A stretch of DNA of 64,000 nucleotides from an uncultured archaeon (GCA_964608675.1 CAZSOZ010000003.1:10900-74899), one strand, 5' to 3'; counted from the stretch's first letter, positions 33,182 to 42,684 are shown. Numbers and translations are program-made. The notes: a model not told the origin generated them from the letters alone.

Positions 33182-34597
33182 TTAGTTCCCTATTTTTTTA
33201 TGAAATTCTTTCATTGAAATATTTTTTCCTTTCATTTTTTCCAGGATTTTTTTTCTTTTTTTTATTTCTTTTCTGAATTCTTTTTCTGTGAACCCAAAGC
33301 ATTGTTTGATTTTGTTTTTGATTCTGATGCTTTCGTTTTTTTTAATTAATTTTTTTCGTTTGAAGTCGAATTCAAATAAAATATTCAGTTTTGTTTTTGC
33401 GTTTTCTTCTGTTATTTCTGCTGCTTCAATTACGTGCCTTTCTTCTTTTTTGATTCCTTTTTTTAAGTCAATGGAATTCCATCTTTTTTGCACTAAAACC
33501 AAGTCAATGGAATTCAAATCCATTTCCATTAATCCTAAATTTTTCATTCTGGTAATAAATTCTTTTGCGCTTAATGCGTGAACTGTTGCATAACTTCCTT
33601 TTCCTTGTCCTGCAAGCAGTGTGTCAATGAATGCTTTTGCTTCTTTTTTTTCTCTTATTTCTCCTACAATTATTCTGTCAGGGCGCATTCTCAGAGTGTT
33701 TATAATTAATTCCTGCATTTCTATTCCAAGGTTTTCTGCTGTATTCAGTTTTATTGAATGTTCTTGGGGAAGACAGATTTCAGGAGTTTCTTCTGTAATA
33801 ATAATTCTTTCTTTGCTGTCTGCAAAAGAAAACAAGGCATTCATGGTTGTTGTTTTTCCGCTTCCTGTGTTTCCTGCTATAACAATACTTGTGTCTGTCT
33901 GAAGTGCAAGCCATAAAAATGCAGTTAATTCAACTGAAAATGTTTTGTTTTCAATTAATTCAATCGGAGTAAACGGGTTTTCGTTGAATTTTCTTATAGT
34001 TATGTTTGGAGTTTTGGATACAGGAAGCGTTATTGCATTAATTCTTTCTCCGTTAGGCAGAACTGAATTTAATTTTGGATTCTGCAAAGTAAGTCTTCTG
34101 CCAATGGTTCTTGACATTTTGTTTGCTAAATTCACTATTTCTTCTTGTGTCTGGTAAAGCAGATTAGTTTTAATCCAGCCAAAATTTTTTTTGAATACAA
34201 AAACATTTTTGTTTTTTCCGATTATGCTGATTTCTTCAATTGAATTGTCTTTCAGCAGGAAATCCATTGCTCCAAATCCAAACACAATTGATTCAACTGC
34301 TTTTTTTATGTAAAAATTTTGTTTTTCTTCAAGTTTAATCCATTCTTTTTCGCAGTATAAATTAATTTGTTTTTGAATTTCTTCTTTTTGAATTTTTTCT
34401 TCTTTTTGTATTTCTTCAGTTATTTTTTTTACTGCTTCTTTTTCTTGTTCAGAAAAACAAGGGATTTCAGTAATCAGATAATATAGTTCTCCTTCAAAAT
34501 CTTGAATTAATTCTGTTTCATTTCGTTTTTCGATTATTTTTCTTTTCTTTTTTTCAGGAAAATTTTGAACAAAAAAACCTAATGCTGTTTCAGCCAT
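33182..34597 (-). CDS. VirB11/FlaI/TadA-family secretion ATPase (second copy, canonical length)
   Basis: Walker A is IAGNTGSGKTTTMNALF, followed by RIIITEETPE and RIIVGEIREKKEA motifs. 471 aa. Confidence 0.85.
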   Translation of the reverse strand: MAETALGFFVQNFPEKKKRKIIEKRNETELIQDFEGELYYLITEIPCFSEQEKEAVKKITEEIQKEEKIQKEEIQKQINLYCEKEWIKLEEKQNFYIKKAVESIVFGFGAMDFLLKDNSIEEISIIGKNKNVFVFKKNFGWIKTNLLYQTQEEIVNLANKMSRTIGRRLTLQNPKLNSVLPNGERINAITLPVSKTPNITIRKFNENPFTPIELIENKTFSVELTAFLWLALQTDTSIVIAGNTGSGKTTTMNALFSFADSKERIIITEETPEICLPQEHSIKLNTAENLGIEMQELIINTLRMRPDRIIVGEIREKKEAKAFIDTLLAGQGKGSYATVHALSAKEFITRMKNLGLMEMDLNSIDLVLVQKRWNSIDLKKGIKKEERHVIEAAEITEENAKTKLNILFEFDFKRKKLIKKNESIRIKNKIKQCFGFTEKEFRKEIKKRKKILEKMKGKNISMKEFHKKIGN

Positions 34598-35115
34598 GCA
34601 TTAATTCAAATTCAAGAGAATTAAAATGGCTTTATTTCGTTAATCCACGAAAAAATTTCAAAGAATATAAACCTTTCTGTTATGTAGCATTTATATTGTT
34701 TTTTTCTTGGATTTTATTTATGGCTTCAGTTTTTTTTAATTATTTTTTGGAGCAGTTTAATTTCTGGCTTTGGATGCTTATTGCAGTAATTATTTTTTTG
34801 ACTCTTGCAAACAATAAAGGCTGGAAGAAAGCCTATTTTTTGGTGATAATTATTGGTTTTCTTGTTTTGGGCAAGCTTATTAATGACTGGTTTGTTTCTA
34901 CTGCTTTAATTGCTGGCTGGCTTTTGATTTTTAATTTGGATTTTTTTGTTTCTAAAGCTGTTTTGTTTTCTGCTATGATTGCCCTTGTTTTTTTAGGTGT
35001 GTCAAGTCCTTTATTTTATTTAATTGTTTTTGTTTTATGGATTATAATAATGTGGTTTTTTATTAGTTCAACTTTTAGTGCTTTTTATTCTGAACAAACC
35101 ACAAAAAAAAAATAA
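34582..35115 (+). CDS. Polytopic membrane protein, unknown function (divergent from the second ATPase)
   Basis: 177 aa with 5 hydrophobic segments. It has no recognisable motifs. Confidence 0.4.
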   Translation: MLFQPCINSNSRELKWLYFVNPRKNFKEYKPFCYVAFILFFSWILFMASVFFNYFLEQFNFWLWMLIAVIIFLTLANNKGWKKAYFLVIIIGFLVLGKLINDWFVSTALIAGWLLIFNLDFFVSKAVLFSAMIALVFLGVSSPLFYLIVFVLWIIIMWFFISSTFSAFYSEQTTKKK

Positions 35116-35250
35116 ATAAGGATTGCTAAGTTTTTTTGATTGTTTTTGTTTGGATTCCAAACAACGAAAAGTTATTAAAGGAAAAAGCTCTATTTTAAGT
35201 CGGGTATATCACCCCGGATTCTGCAAAGGAAGACAACAAAAGGCAAAGGA

Positions 35251-35290
35251 GGAAAGTTTTAAACTTTCCTCTTTCTTTTTTTAATCAGTT
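35251..35290 (+). terminator. Perfect 19-nt palindrome GGAAAGTTTTAAACTTTCC followed by a T-run, a putative intrinsic terminator
   Basis: Read directly from the sequence. It lies between the convergent genes 34582..35115 (+) and 35294..35653 (-). Confidence 0.35.
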
Positions 35291-35293
35291 TTT

Positions 35294-35653
35294 TTATGAA
35301 AATTCTTGCCATTCTAATTCGTCATTTAATTCAATTTTTTTTCCAATTGTTCCTGCAAGAAATTCAATGAAATACTTTGAAGGAGTTTTTGGAGTGTAAT
35401 TTAAGCTCCAAGGCATAAAATTGTATTTGATGTCAACTACTTTTTTGTTTGAATCAAGGTAAACTACATCGATTGAATAAAAAACAAACAGCATGTGAAT
35501 GCTTGCATTTAGTTTCCCTTCTTTTTCCAGTTCAAAAATAAGTGCATAATCAGGTTTTTTTGAAAACATTAATCCTTTAAAACGTTTAAAAAAAGAATCT
35601 GCAATTTTTGTTTTTTTTATTACTTTTAATTTTTTTGTTTTATTGAACAACAT
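35294..35653 (-). CDS. DUF192-family protein
   Basis: DSFFKRFKGLMFSKKP matches the R..GLM signature of DUF192/COG1430. 119 aa. Confidence 0.55.
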   Translation of the reverse strand: MLFNKTKKLKVIKKTKIADSFFKRFKGLMFSKKPDYALIFELEKEGKLNASIHMLFVFYSIDVVYLDSNKKVVDIKYNFMPWSLNYTPKTPSKYFIEFLAGTIGKKIELNDELEWQEFS

Positions 35654-35658
35654 TAAAA

Positions 35659-35874
35659 TCAGTCGTCTTCTAGTGCCTCTAAGGTTGGAACTTTTAATTC
35701 TTCTAGTTTGTGTTTGGTTTTTTCTGCTTCTGAATAAATTTTTTCAGGGCTTTCTTTGATTTTGGATGCACTGGTTTTTAGTTTGTGCATTTCTTTTCTG
35801 GATATAGTTAATTCTTCCAGTTTTTTTATTATTTCTTTTGCTTTTTTTTCATTTATTTCTTCCAGTTCTTTCAT
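35659..35874 (-). CDS. Small coiled-coil protein
   Basis: 71 aa and K/E-rich with heptad-like spacing. Hypothetical. Confidence 0.35.
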   Translation of the reverse strand: MKELEEINEKKAKEIIKKLEELTISRKEMHKLKTSASKIKESPEKIYSEAEKTKHKLEELKVPTLEALEDD

Positions 35875-36002
35875 GTTTTTTATATTGTTTTTTTTATTAT
35901 TTAAAGAGATAGGTTTAAATTTAATTAATTCCTATAATATTCATTTAAAATGTTTTTTACTAGAAATAATTAATCAAATCGTATTTGAAAAAGGTATTTT
36001 TT

Positions 36003-36695
36003 ATGTTGAATTCTGTTGCTTTTATTCCTGATGGAAACAGAAGGTATGCTTTGTCAAACAATATTCCTTTATTTCAGTCTTATCAAATGGGAACCAGAAA
36101 AGCATGGGATGTAATTGACTGGCTTAAATCTTATCCAAAAATTAAGGTTGGAACTTTTTATACTCTTTCTTTGGAAAATTTAACCAGAAATAAAGCTGAA
36201 TTAAAGATTTTGTTTTCAATTTTTGAAAGAGAATTAGATAAAGTAATTAACACAAACTATCTTCAGGAAAATGAAATAAAATTAAAGTTTGTAGGACGCC
36301 TTAACGATTTTCCTGAAAAAATAAGAAACAAGATTTTTAAGGCAGAGAAATCAACTGAAAACAATAAAGGAAAAACAATTAATTTGGCTTTGGGTTATAA
36401 TGGTCAGACAGAAATAGTTGATGCAGCAAAAAAAATTGCTTTGGCTCATAAAAATGGACTTGACTTGAATTCTTTGAATGAAAAAGAATTCAAAAAATAT
36501 TTGTATTCTGATTTTGCTGACCCTGATTTAATTGTAAGAACTTCAGGAACTCAAAGGCTTTCAGGTTTTTTGACTTATCAAAGCAGTTATTCTGAATTAT
36601 ATTTTTCTAAAAAATTTTGGCCTGAATTTTCAAAACAAGAATTAGCTTCTGCAGTAAATGAATACGAGCAAAGGCAAAGACGTTTCGGTAAATAG
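36003..36695 (+). CDS. uppS: Undecaprenyl-diphosphate (cis-prenyl) synthase
   Basis: MLNSVAFIPDGNRRYA is the canonical UPPS N-terminal catalytic motif. The RTSGTQRLSGFL region near the C-terminus resembles the conserved R..GE.R.S.FLLWQ region of UPP synthases, though the tryptophan-containing tail is not present. The track ORF starts at TTG 35985. The ATG at 36003 is preferred. Confidence 0.85.
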   Translation: MLNSVAFIPDGNRRYALSNNIPLFQSYQMGTRKAWDVIDWLKSYPKIKVGTFYTLSLENLTRNKAELKILFSIFERELDKVINTNYLQENEIKLKFVGRLNDFPEKIRNKIFKAEKSTENNKGKTINLALGYNGQTEIVDAAKKIALAHKNGLDLNSLNEKEFKKYLYSDFADPDLIVRTSGTQRLSGFLTYQSSYSELYFSKKFWPEFSKQELASAVNEYEQRQRRFGK

Positions 36696-36796
36696 GCTTT
36701 TATGTTAAGCATGCATGCCAATAAATCTAGCTATTTCGTTTCACTCAATAGCTTATTAATATTTAATTGTTTTTTTTATTAGTTATTATTCTTGTT

Positions 36797-36869
36797 AGCC
36801 CCGTAGTCTAGTGGCCAAGGATGCGAGGTTCTGGACCTTGTGACAGGAGTTCGAATCTCCTCGGGGCTA
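36797..36869 (+). tRNA. tRNA-Gln (anticodon CUG)
   Basis: Cloverleaf by hand. The acceptor stem is AGCCCCG/CGGGGCT with the A1:U72 pair typical of archaeal tRNA-Gln. The anticodon stem is CGAGG/CCTTG, the loop is TTCTGGA (anticodon CTG), the T-arm is AGGAG-TTCGAAT-CTCCT and the discriminator is A. There is no encoded CCA. A poly-T follows immediately 3'. Confidence 0.8.
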
Positions 36870-37355
36870 TTAATTTTTTTAAAAAGGAAAATTTATGTTT
36901 TTCAAAAAGTATTCAAAAGAGATTCAGCAGTGTTTTCAATGAATTTATAAAAAAGCCATGGATTGCGGTTGTTTCATTTTTGATATTTATTTTTTTTATT
37001 ATTCCTTTATTAAACCTGTTTTTGTCTAAACAACTTCTTGATTTTATGTTTGGATTTTCTGTTTTAGTTATCCTTGTTTCAATAGTGTTTACTTTTTCTT
37101 CTTATAAACAGAACACTATAAAGAATTCTTTGGTATTTAAAGGAGATTATTATTTGTCTTCTGTTGACGTGTCAGCTGGCTTAATGCAGTATCAGGAATA
37201 AGCATTTTAATAATTTTTTTTGCTACTGTTTTTTCTATTTTAATTGACTTGGCTGTATTGTGTTTTAACATTTTGTTGCTTTTTGGGGGCTTTTATTTGA
37301 TATTATTGCAAAATTTGTTCAGATGCAGAAAAAAATTTAATCCGCTTAATTTATT

Positions 37356-37613
37356 TCACTTGTATATTTTGTCATGATGGTCATAATCTTCTATTACAAT
37401 AGTTTTTTCTTTGATAGAATAAATCAAAACAAAAGACCCAAATGTATGGACTCTTCTTTTATTTTGCATTGGTTTTTTTAAAGGTTTAAACACAAAAGGA
37501 TTTTCTAAAATTTGTTTTATTTTCTTTTTTACGGCTTTTTCTTGTGTTGGGTCTCTTTTTGCAATTTTTTCTAAAGTTTTTTCTACATGTTTTCTGATTT
37601 CAAGTTTGTACAA
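37356..37613 (-). CDS. RelE/ParE-family type II toxin
   Basis: 85 aa. KKPMQNKRRVHTFGSFVLIYSIKEKTIVIEDYDHHDKIY fits the RelE/ParE C-terminal fold pattern (R.RVG.YRIIY....V.I..I.HR). The gene sits immediately downstream of a small partner gene. Confidence 0.6.
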   Translation of the reverse strand: MYKLEIRKHVEKTLEKIAKRDPTQEKAVKKKIKQILENPFVFKPLKKPMQNKRRVHTFGSFVLIYSIKEKTIVIEDYDHHDKIYK

Positions 37614-37619
37614 TGAGAA

Positions 37620-37862
37620 TCATCTCTTGCGCAGTTTTTCAAAATATTGATCGATATTTTTTACTTTAATTGTTTTTTCTTTTTCAATTTTTTTGAGCTT
37701 TTCAAGGTATTCTGGTCTAAGCTCTGGTTCAAGCAACTCTTTTTCGTATTCTTCAGCCATTTTATTTATTGCTTCACTTTTATCTCTTAAATCGTATTTT
37801 GCTTTGATAATGTTAATTACATGATTAGCTTTTTCATTTATTTTTACTATTGCAGTAGGCAT
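37620..37862 (-). CDS. Putative antitoxin partner of the RelE/ParE toxin
   Basis: 80-aa acidic helical protein. It ends 7 nt upstream of the toxin on the same strand, which is the classic antitoxin-toxin order. Confidence 0.45.
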   Translation of the reverse strand: MPTAIVKINEKANHVINIIKAKYDLRDKSEAINKMAEEYEKELLEPELRPEYLEKLKKIEKEKTIKVKNIDQYFEKLRKR

Positions 37863-37911
37863 ATTATCACCATATTAATATAGTATTAATATTGTATTAA
37901 AAAACTTTCTT

Positions 37912-39051
37912 TTAAGAAAAAGCAAACTTTAAACCGGTTGGAATCAAACTCCATTTGCTTGGAGACCACATCATTTTTCCGATAAATTTTGATGGAAAAT
38001 CCATGTCTCCGTGTTTTTCTAAAAATTCTTCCATTTTGGCTTTTTTAAATTTTAAAAACAAGTCATTTATTTGTTTGTCATTTAATGAATTAAAGTATTT
38101 TCTGATTTTCCAGTGCATTTCAAGTTCTTTATTTAATTCACTTAAATTTTTCCAGTAATCTGTTAAAGGTTTTTTGTGTTTTAAATGGTTTGAAATAGTT
38201 TTAACTAAAATGTCTGATGCCATGCTTCCTGTTATTATTCCTCCGCCTGTTGTTGCTTTGGTTTGATATGCTGCATCTCCTACTAAAAACAAATTATTTT
38301 TTTGTATTTCTTTTGAAGGTTTGGTTATTGGAATAACAAAAGCTGATTCACTTAATACTTCTATGTCCATGTTTGAAATAAATTTTTGAAGGGCTTCCCG
38401 TGCATTAATTTTTCCGTTTACTCCTAATCCTATTCTTGCAGTTGATTTGTTTTCCGGAATAACCCATGCAAAAAATCCTTTGCAGAATTCTCCTAAGTGA
38501 ACTTCAACTAATTTGTTTTGAAATGAACCTTTTGCTTTTATTTGGTATGTTCTTACAAAACCTTTTGGGTTAATTTTGTCCATTACCAGCCTTCTTGTTT
38601 TTGATGCTGCTCCGTCTGCTCCAATCACGAATTTTGTTTTTAGCATTTCTCCTCTGTTTTCATGCTGAACAAAAACTGTTTCTTTTCTTGAATCAATTAA
38701 TCTCGTGTTTTTTTTTATTTCTATTCCTTTGCTTTCAGCTTTTTTTTCAAGGCTTTTATCTAATTCTTTTCTGTCAATTAAGTAAGCTACTGGTTCTTTT
38801 CTTTCAATTTGTATTTTTGTTTTGTCTGGAGAAAAAATTTTTGCTCCATAAATCTTGTTTATTGTTACATTTGAAACATCTATTTTGTTTCTTTTTAACC
38901 CGCTGGAGCTTAATAATCCTGAACAGTTTTCAGGAACGCCAACTTCTTTGTGGTCTTCTATTACTGTTACATCCCAGCCTTGGTCTTTTAATCCTGTTGC
39001 TGTTCTTAAGCCAATGGGGCCTGCTCCTACTACAGTAATCATTTTTTCCAT
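37912..39051 (-). CDS. FAD-dependent geranylgeranyl reductase family oxidoreductase
   Basis: N-terminal Rossmann motif ITVVGAGPIGLRTA and a GDAAYQTKATTGGGI FAD-binding motif. 379 aa. Confidence 0.8.
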   Translation of the reverse strand: MEKMITVVGAGPIGLRTATGLKDQGWDVTVIEDHKEVGVPENCSGLLSSSGLKRNKIDVSNVTINKIYGAKIFSPDKTKIQIERKEPVAYLIDRKELDKSLEKKAESKGIEIKKNTRLIDSRKETVFVQHENRGEMLKTKFVIGADGAASKTRRLVMDKINPKGFVRTYQIKAKGSFQNKLVEVHLGEFCKGFFAWVIPENKSTARIGLGVNGKINAREALQKFISNMDIEVLSESAFVIPITKPSKEIQKNNLFLVGDAAYQTKATTGGGIITGSMASDILVKTISNHLKHKKPLTDYWKNLSELNKELEMHWKIRKYFNSLNDKQINDLFLKFKKAKMEEFLEKHGDMDFPSKFIGKMMWSPSKWSLIPTGLKFAFS

Positions 39052-39153
39052 TTAAATCACTTTTATTAATATTATTAAACTGTTTTTTTTAATGCTTTGT
39101 TTTCTTTTTTTTCCTGGGAACTTTTAAAAATAGTTTCTATTTATTAATATTTC

Positions 39154-39534
39154 ATGCCTTTGATTGAATTGGTTTTTGGTTTAATTGCATTGTTTTTGGT
39201 TATTACTTTGCCCGGCTATTTTTTGTCTTTGGGTTTTTTTCCAAACAAAAATGAAATTGATTCAATTGAAAGATTTACTTTTTCTTTGGTTTTTTCTATT
39301 GCTTTTCTGCCTTTGATTGTTTTGATTGAAAACATGGTTTTTGGAATTCCAATTAATTTTACTTCAAGTATTGCGTCTGTTTTGCTGTTAATTATTTTTG
39401 GTTTAATTTCTTGGATGATTAGAACGCAGAAAATTTCTGTTCCTGAACCACTTTATTTTGTTTTTCCTAAAATTGAAAAACAAAATTCAGTTGACTTATT
39501 TTTTGTTTCTTTTTTTAAAAGAAAAAAAAGTTAA
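39154..39534 (+). CDS. Small membrane protein, unknown function
   Basis: 126 aa with 3 hydrophobic segments. Confidence 0.4.
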   Translation: MPLIELVFGLIALFLVITLPGYFLSLGFFPNKNEIDSIERFTFSLVFSIAFLPLIVLIENMVFGIPINFTSSIASVLLLIIFGLISWMIRTQKISVPEPLYFVFPKIEKQNSVDLFFVSFFKRKKS

Positions 39535-39540
39535 GGAGAT

Positions 39541-42500
39541 TTAATTTTCTCTGTATGCAAATCTTCCGCCTTCTTCTTCACTGTTTAAGGGATTAACTGT
39601 TTTTTTTGGTTTTTCGTTTTCTCTTAAAGTTCTTTTTTTCCTGAAGAAATTTTGGTTGTATGCTGATGCAAGTCCTGCTGGTTCATCTTCTTTTTTTGAA
39701 TCAAAATTTATTCTGTTTGATTTAACAAACATAATCACTGCAAGTAATGCAATAATTATTATTGCCCCTAAACCTATTGGCAGAAGTCCTTCCAATAAAA
39801 GAAATCCTGTTGCAGGAATAAAGTTTTCGTTTTCTATTTTTGTTTTTTGGTCTAATATTATTGGATTTCCTTCAAAGTTTATTTGGCTTTCAAGTATTTG
39901 ATCTGCTTTTTCTTTGGTTAATTTTTCGTTTAAAGAGTAAACAATTTCTTTGGTTTCTCCTGCTTCAAGTTCGGTTTCCCATTTTATTACTGGATCAGAT
40001 TCTATTATTGTGAACTTGTAATTGCTTAAAATCATTTCTGCTGATTCAATTATTTCTTTTGGAATAACTTCTATTATTTGTATTTTTCTTGTTTTGTCCG
40101 CAGTGTTTTCAAATTTTAAAATAAAATTTTGCTGGTAGTATGTTTCTCCGTCATGAATTATTTCAATTAACTGCATTTCTCTGATTGGATTGACTTGTTC
40201 TTTTAATTTTTGGTTTTCGTTTTCCAGGTTTGCGCTTAAATTTATTTCAGTGCTGGAATTCATTGTTTCAATACTGTATTCTTTTATTTCGGTTTGAATG
40301 AATTCATCAAACTTTTGTTTTGCTTTTTCTGCATCTTTAATGCATTCATTTAATTGGTTTTCTTGGATTTCTTGTTCTGCTTTTTTTAACAGGTTGTTTC
40401 CTTCAATTATTTTTTCGTCTGAAGAAAAATTTAAATTAAATTTTTTCCAGTAATTCATTAAATCTATTGCTTCGTTTTTGCTTTGTTTTGCTTTTTCTAT
40501 TGTTTTTTCTGCAAGACTCAAATTTTGGTCTTTGTTTTGATCTGAATTTATTCTTAATGCTGTTAAATCTCTTTCAAGTTTTATTTTAATTGTTTTTGAA
40601 TTAATGTTTCCTGGTTTATCTCTTGCTAAAACTTTTAAATCGTATTCTCCGTTTTCGAGTCTGCTTGTATTCCATATTACTGTTTTGGTTCCGTTCAAAA
40701 TGTTTTGCTGAAAGCTGTCAATTGAATTAAATGATGTTTCAGAACTTTTTTTGTAAGTAAAGCTTACGAAAGCCAGAGTTGAAGTGTCTGAGATATATGC
40801 TTTTAGTGTTATGTTCATGTCTTTTAATGTTTCTCCTTCTTTTGGTTCTCTCCATGAAACTGAAGGCGCAATTGAATCCCCTGAATAATTATTGTTGTTG
40901 TTTTCTGAATCAGAGGGAATTGTTATTTGTCTTTCGTTGCTTAAACTTAAATCTGATTCCTGATCTAAATTGTCTGTTGCTGTAATTTTATAGTAGTATG
41001 TTGTTCCCTGGCTTCTTCCTGTGTCAGTATAATTTGTATTTGTTTTTCCGTCAATTGATGCAATTGAAGAATAGCTTTCGGAGTTTGTTTTTCTGTAAAT
41101 TTTGTATCCTTTTATTCCTGAATTGGATGAAGAAGGATTGTCTGTTGATTCTGTCCAGCTTAAGTTTACTTCTCCGTTTGAGTTTGCTCCAGGAGAATTC
41201 AATGAAGGAGCATTTGGAGCACTTTTATCTATTTTTATTGTTGCAGTGTTATGTGTTCCTTCATTTTCATGGGTGTCTGTTGCCCAGAATTCCAGTGAAT
41301 TTTCTCCTTCTGATGAAACATCAAATGATTGAGGGTTTGTTGTTGTTTCGTATTCTGTTCCGTTTATTTTGTAGTATAATTTTTCAAAATCTAATGCAGT
41401 GCAGGTTAAAGTTATTGTTTGTGTTTGTTTGTGCCAGTTTGAATTTGCTCCCTGTATGCTGACAGCAGGTCCGGTTGTATCTATTGCTCTTGCGTTTGCA
41501 TCATTGGATGAATTTGAATCGTTTCCTGCATTATCAACTGCTTTCACATAATAAATATAGGTTGTATTGTGGTCTGTGTTTGTATCTGCATAAGAGTTTG
41601 TTGTTGAAGCCGCGTATTCTGTTGAATTCCTGTAAATTTTGTATTCTTTTATTCCTGATCCATTAATGTCAGTTGAAGCAGTCCAGTTTAAGTTAATTGT
41701 TAATCCGTTTGCTGTTGCATTTAAGTCTGCTGGAGTACTTGGATTAATTGAATCAATTTTAATTGAATAAGTTGTTGAGTTTTCATTTAAATCTGTGTTG
41801 TCTGTTGAATAAACTTCAATTGAATGAATTCCTTCTTCGCTTACATTCAGAGTGTTTCCTGTCATGCAGTTCCATCCTGTTTGATTTAAATTGTAGAATG
41901 TTTTATTGCACCCTGAACCTGAATCAGTGCATTCAAATAATATAGTTAATGGATTTAAGTTAGTCCATTCTTCGTCAGTGAATCCTGAAATAGTTGTTTT
42001 TGGAGGGGTTTCATCTAAAGGACTTGCGTTTGCTTGGTTTGATTCATTTGATAAATTGCCTGCATTATCAATTGCTTTAATTTTGTAGTAATAAGTTGTT
42101 CCGAATGAAATATTTGAATCTGTATAATTTGTTTCTGTTGTACTTGCAATTAAATTTCCTTCCCCTGCAATGAAGCCGTCTGTAATGCTTCTGTAAACAT
42201 TGTATTCTTGTAAGTCATCTGAATTTGATGCATTCCAAATTAAATTTATTTGCATGTCTCCTGCTGTTGCATTTAAGTCTGCTGGATCCATAGGAGCATT
42301 TTTGTCTACTAAAAATTCTTCTGAGTATTTTGATGAATTCTGGTTTCCATCTGTGGTTTCAATAAAAATGTAATAGCTTCCATCTCTTATTCCTGTGGTA
42401 TTCCATGTATATGTGTTTGTTCCGTTTACTGTTGAGTGAACGGAAATTATTTCTGTTTTTTCTGTTGAATTAGTATCTTCATCATAATATATTGCTGAAG

Positions 42501-42684
42501 TCAGTGAATTATTTTCGTCGTATGAAACACTAAAAATAATATCAAAATCAGTTGTTAAAGAATTTATTTTTGTAGAAGCGTTTGGAGCTGAAATTTCTTC
42601 AACTGTTAAAGCTGAAGCAGTTGAAACTAAAAAAACTGCAAGTAAAATAAAAAATTTTGAATTCAATTTATCCCCCCGGAACAA
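39541..42684 (-). CDS. Large (1047 aa) surface protein with fibronectin-III-like repeats, a C-proximal TM anchor and a cytoplasmic tail
   Basis: Signal peptide MFRGDKLNSKFFILLAVFLVSTASA. There are repeated FN3-like modules (TYYYKIKAIDNAGN, YIYYVKAVDNAGN, TYYYKITATDNLDQES). The sequence PATGFLLLEGLLPIGLGAIIIIALLAVIMFVKSNR is followed by a 55-aa charged tail. Confidence 0.8.
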   Translation of the reverse strand: MFRGDKLNSKFFILLAVFLVSTASALTVEEISAPNASTKINSLTTDFDIIFSVSYDENNSLTSAIYYDEDTNSTEKTEIISVHSTVNGTNTYTWNTTGIRDGSYYIFIETTDGNQNSSKYSEEFLVDKNAPMDPADLNATAGDMQINLIWNASNSDDLQEYNVYRSITDGFIAGEGNLIASTTETNYTDSNISFGTTYYYKIKAIDNAGNLSNESNQANASPLDETPPKTTISGFTDEEWTNLNPLTILFECTDSGSGCNKTFYNLNQTGWNCMTGNTLNVSEEGIHSIEVYSTDNTDLNENSTTYSIKIDSINPSTPADLNATANGLTINLNWTASTDINGSGIKEYKIYRNSTEYAASTTNSYADTNTDHNTTYIYYVKAVDNAGNDSNSSNDANARAIDTTGPAVSIQGANSNWHKQTQTITLTCTALDFEKLYYKINGTEYETTTNPQSFDVSSEGENSLEFWATDTHENEGTHNTATIKIDKSAPNAPSLNSPGANSNGEVNLSWTESTDNPSSSNSGIKGYKIYRKTNSESYSSIASIDGKTNTNYTDTGRSQGTTYYYKITATDNLDQESDLSLSNERQITIPSDSENNNNNYSGDSIAPSVSWREPKEGETLKDMNITLKAYISDTSTLAFVSFTYKKSSETSFNSIDSFQQNILNGTKTVIWNTSRLENGEYDLKVLARDKPGNINSKTIKIKLERDLTALRINSDQNKDQNLSLAEKTIEKAKQSKNEAIDLMNYWKKFNLNFSSDEKIIEGNNLLKKAEQEIQENQLNECIKDAEKAKQKFDEFIQTEIKEYSIETMNSSTEINLSANLENENQKLKEQVNPIREMQLIEIIHDGETYYQQNFILKFENTADKTRKIQIIEVIPKEIIESAEMILSNYKFTIIESDPVIKWETELEAGETKEIVYSLNEKLTKEKADQILESQINFEGNPIILDQKTKIENENFIPATGFLLLEGLLPIGLGAIIIIALLAVIMFVKSNRINFDSKKEDEPAGLASAYNQNFFRKKRTLRENEKPKKTVNPLNSEEEGGRFAYREN

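Noticed and set aside
36821-37201. 126-aa ORF annotated from 36821
   Set aside because: Its first 50 nt overlap the tRNA-Gln gene, and there is no in-frame ATG until far downstream. At most a short C-terminal piece (TTG 36980..37201, about 73 aa, hydrophobic) could be real, and support for it is weak. It is not called.
39541-42684. PATGF plus TM in the 1047-aa protein as a PGF-CTERM archaeosortase signal
   Set aside because: The hydrophobic segment is followed by a 55-aa cytoplasmic tail rather than a short basic end. It does not fit the C-terminal sorting-signal architecture and is treated as an ordinary type I anchor.
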